The translations under genes were made by a program, and so were the position numbers. From positions 14,260,001 through 14,324,000 of the forward strand of contig JBHGNT010000004.1 of the NCBI GenBank assembly GCA_043228905.1: a stretch of 64,000 nt of DNA. The letters run 5' to 3'. Every line of letters starts with the position of its first letter. Within the stretch, counting starts at the first letter, position 1. This DNA is from Azolla caroliniana (lineage: Eukaryota > Plantae > Polypodiophyta). Below are positions 60,501-64,000 of this stretch, piece after piece. Below the pieces are notes generated by a model that did not search any database, was not told where the DNA came from, and saw only the letters and a list, made by a program, of their open reading frames with translations.

Positions 60501-60817
60501 CAAAGCACGTATTGCTCACCGATGACGGGGAGCTGGAAAGCTTCGAAGAAGCAAAGAAAGACACCCACAGCCACAAGTGGTTGAGTGCCATGTAGGACGA
60601 GATGGATTTCCTGCATGAGAACCACACATACAAATTGATGGTGTTCCCAAAAGGAAAGAGGGCACTCCAAAAGAAGTGGGTGTACAAGTTGAAACCAGGA
60701 GACGCTGCAAATCCACCGAGGTACAAGGCCCAGATCATGGTGAAGGGTTTTCAATAGAAGAAACGAGTGGATTTCGACAAGATCTTTGCCCCAGTAGTAA
60801 AGATGACATCCATCCGA
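57533..60817 (+). mobile_element. Ty1/copia element C2 (Tork/Tnt1-like), 5' LTR 57533-~58046, Met PBS 58050-58061, decayed gag-PR-INT-RT, cut by B3
   Basis: TGTTGG start, TAGTATCAGAGC, CFYCGKLGHFQKNC, WVVDSGASFH, LWHKRLYH, FGCLAYVHV, KKWVYKLK, IFAPVVKMTSIR. Confidence 0.9.
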
Positions 60818-63800
60818 TGTCGTGTGAATCTTCACACACTATGTAAAAAATTAATGAAATAATTATTATAGATTAGATTAGTAGCTTACTATAGAAAGAT
60901 GGATATACTCAAGAGCTTCAAAACGTACTTTACTATATACAAAATGGAGAAATATATATCAAGTTATGTGATAATGACATTTGAGAAGATAGGGAAATTA
61001 GAACTATCCCACATAGATAGGAAACTTAAGGCCCTGGCTATATAAGCACCTTGAGCTCCCTCATTTTTCATTTGTTCTAAGAGCACTTTGGCCACTTTGT
61101 CTTGATGGATGATGGTGGCCAAGTTCCCAAAAATCCGGAACCGGTTGGTAAGCAAAACCCGGAACCAACCGGTAAGCAAAATTGAAAACCGGCCGGTAAG
61201 CAAAATCGGACCCGGTCGGTAAGCAAAACCAGAACCGAGCCGGTAAGCAAATCCGGAATCGGGCCTGTAAGAAAAATCAGAATCGCCCCGATAAGCAAAA
61301 CTAGAAACCGACAGGTAAGCAAAACTGGAAACCGACCGGTAAGCAAAACCGAAAATCGGCCGGTAAGTAAACCGGAACCGGCGGCGGCAATCGGTGACCG
61401 GACTGAACCGGCGACCAGACAAGGCTAGTAAGCAAAACCGGAAATCGGCCAGTAAGCAAAATCGGAACCGGAACCGGCAAGCAAACCAGAAACTAGAAAC
61501 CAGTCGGTAAGCAAAAACCGGAACCGGAACCGGCAAGCAAACCGGAACTAGTCGGCAAGCAAAATCGGAACCGGCTACCGAGGGATTCGGCGATCGGGCG
61601 GAACCGGCTACCAGACGAGGTTGGACGTGGACGAATGGAAGATTGGATCATGCAACAAACTAAAGTAAAGTGAAGAGAACTAAAGTAAAGGCCATGTGGA
61701 CGCAAGCAACTAAAGTTGGAGTGCATGCAAAAAGTAAAGGTGATGTGGAAGGTGTGCAACAAAAAGGTGGAGATCATGCAACAAACTAAAGTAAAGTGAA
61801 GAAAACTAAAGTAAACGCTAGGTGGGACGAATGCAAGGGAAGGAGAGAAAAAAAGGAAGAATCCATCAATCAAGAAGGGGGCTATCACTCATAATTCCTA
61901 ATTTCCATACGGGGAAAGGAAGCTATCTCTCAAAAAAAACCCCTAATTTCCTAATCAAAACCATACAACTCAAAAACCCTAATTTTCGAATTGAAGTTAA
62001 AAACCCTAATATTCTAATTAAATCCATATCTCATTTCTTCTAATCTATTACTCTAGCCATCTCCATTAGCAAACTTTTTGTAATCCCAATCTTGGGATTA
62101 ATTGTAATCTTTCTTTCTATTTGTTAATGAAATTTGTTAATCTTTCACATTTCGGTTAATTCTTAGTACATAAATACACGAATTTGATATCCTCTAGTCA
62201 AAGGCCCCAGGGTCTTGCCTGAACGTATCCTCGTTGTATTTTCGCGACATCTTGGTGCACCTGACGTGGAACGAGGAAGTAGGAGGATATCAAGTACGAA
62301 GATGGCTTCGACAAGTGGAACTCAAGGAGAAGAATTGACGAAAGGCATGGTGTCCGTCGTTGAATTCATGCTGAAAGAGAGAGATCGGGAGGCTTTAGTT
62401 GACAAAGCTTTTGACCGAACTGTGGAGACAGCTGGAAGATTCGGTGGTAAGAACATCACAAATTTCCTTGCTACCTACCGGAACGAGATGCAACAAAGAG
62501 ATGTCCATGATCTAAAACAAATTTCAAGCTTTAAGCGTGTGGTAGAACCTGGGATCTGTGAGGGCGTGATGGAGATCCAAAGCGAGCATGCAACTTGGGC
62601 GGAGTTCGAAAGGGCTATTCTCACTGAATACATGCTTGAAGACGCATCACGGATGAATAAGCATACGTTAATGAATTGGATCGAGAAGAAAGGGAAGAAT
62701 CTATGTGCATCGGGAGTTTATGCCGAATTCGACTAGAAGTACAACCGACTTCCGAGTGTCAAGCAACGAGTTCTCGACGGAGATAAAGTTTTACTATTCC
62801 TAAAGGTAGTGGATGCGAAAGATCGGCGAGAATTGGGTAGCTTCTTGGAGGACAAAACGCAACCAAATGGCTTGGTAGCGGACTGGGCGGCAGTGAAGAA
62901 GGCTTGCAGCCGTTTTGATAAGCAGTGACAGTGGCAAGACGAAGCTGAGGTCAGGAATCCACAATCGTGGAAGAAGGCACCTACGAAGATCGAGCCTAGT
63001 AAGCCGATCAACAATTTCGACAAGAAAGCAATGGAGGAGTCTATAATCGAAGAGCTCTCCAAGAAGTTTGAAGCGGTATCGCTAGCCAACTTAGGTCGAC
63101 GCAGGCGCAAGGGAAAAGAAGCGTATAGATGTGTGTGGTGCGATAGCTTCAAACACTCACAAAGAGAATGAATCTTAAAATGATCAAGCCAGGAGCTGGG
63201 TTTTGGCCAACGGTCTTCGAGTGTGAAGAAAAAGGCCAAATCAATTCAGAGGATCTAAAACTTGCTGACCGAAATGTGCGATGGGCTACCGGATGGTCAG
63301 ATCCAATCGACGAAAACAGAAGCTTTGCGGAGGTTGTGTGTGACACCTATGAAGCCCTTGTCGAAGAGAAGAGGAAAACAACTGGTGAAGAAGATGACAC
63401 ATCGAAGCGTCCTAACACGAGGAACCGAGGGAAAGAAGGGCCACCCCAACCTATCCCAAGAAAAGAGATTGGTGAAACAAACATGAAGCCTGGTGGATCG
63501 AGCCAACCTGCTCGGATGGAAGTCGAAGAATCAACGAAGAAAGGAAAAGAACGAGCGGCACCGACTTACAAGCTAAGGTCGAACATAGAACAAACAACTA
63601 ACTTGCGGAAGGTCCTTGAGGAGAAGGTTTTAGACAGTCATGTCGACCTTACCTTGAGAGAGCTACTTGGGATCGTGAAGAAGGAGTTCCATGATACTAT
63701 CGTGGACCTTATTAAAAGGAAGCGGCAATAATCTGATGAAGAGGAGGTGAAAACAAGTGCCATAACCATGGCAAGATCGGAAGAGGAGGAAGAAGAAGAA

Positions 63801-64000
63801 GTGGTGGCGGATAGCCATTACTCTCGGCCTCATTGGGCAAGAGCGACAACGGAGACACCGGTGAAGATCGGGGAGAAGAAAGAGATCGTGGTCGCTTTGA
63901 TTGACCATGGCTCAGAGATCAACCTCATGTCGACCGAGTTCTACAAGAAAGGAAGATGGCCGATTAATACAAACCACGGATGGAAGATTCGAGCGGCGAC
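60818..64000 (+). mobile_element. Family-B-related gypsy copy B3: 1.43-kb 5' LTR (60818-62249), Trp-type PBS, decayed gag and protease; runs off the window
   Basis: TGTCGTG...CGCGACA, TGGTGCACCTGACGTG at 62253, GRFGGKNIT, HWARATTETP, ALIDHGSEINLM. Confidence 0.9.
61130..61610 (+). repeat. About 24-bp degenerate minisatellite inside the B3 LTR
   Basis: At least 12 recurrences of the GTAAGCAAAA/GCAAGCAAA core with CCGG-rich linkers. Confidence 0.88.

Noticed and set aside
61130-61610. CRISPR-like array of a short repeat with variable spacers
   Set aside because: The core is only about 10 bp, the 'spacers' are mutually similar, there are no cas genes, and it lies inside an LTR: a minisatellite

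Overview
This window is eukaryotic nuclear heterochromatin made almost entirely of nested, mostly decayed retroelements, with no host gene and no CRISPR array. Unedited plastid fragments, a Tcn1-like chromovirus and an RTEX-like LINE point to a non-seed land plant with heavy plastid C-to-U editing (fern-like; inference). Contents: (i) four copies of a non-chromovirus Ty3/gypsy family 'A' (A1 1-5204, A2 21832-48942, A3 26432-46384, A4 31213-41034 minus strand) with a tRNA-Arg-type PBS, a single gag-pol and a large extra 3' ORF. (ii) A second gypsy family 'B' with a tRNA-Trp PBS and 4-bp TSDs: one full copy, two partial copies and several solo LTRs. (iii) A Tcn1-like chromovirus, two Ty1/copia elements, a LINE and a plastid-DNA patchwork. 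One nest is five levels deep (A4 in A3 in A2 in Tcn1 in copia). The most striking observation is that family A has no polypurine tract. All three intact 3' junctions instead carry a conserved 40-nt sense copy of a tRNA 3' half (T-arm with an inserted hairpin, ending CGGGCGTG-CCA) exactly 2 nt before the 3' LTR. This looks like a second, minus-strand PBS and suggests tRNA-primed plus-strand synthesis. All coordinates were read by hand, and tRNA and lineage identities are from memory and need database confirmation.
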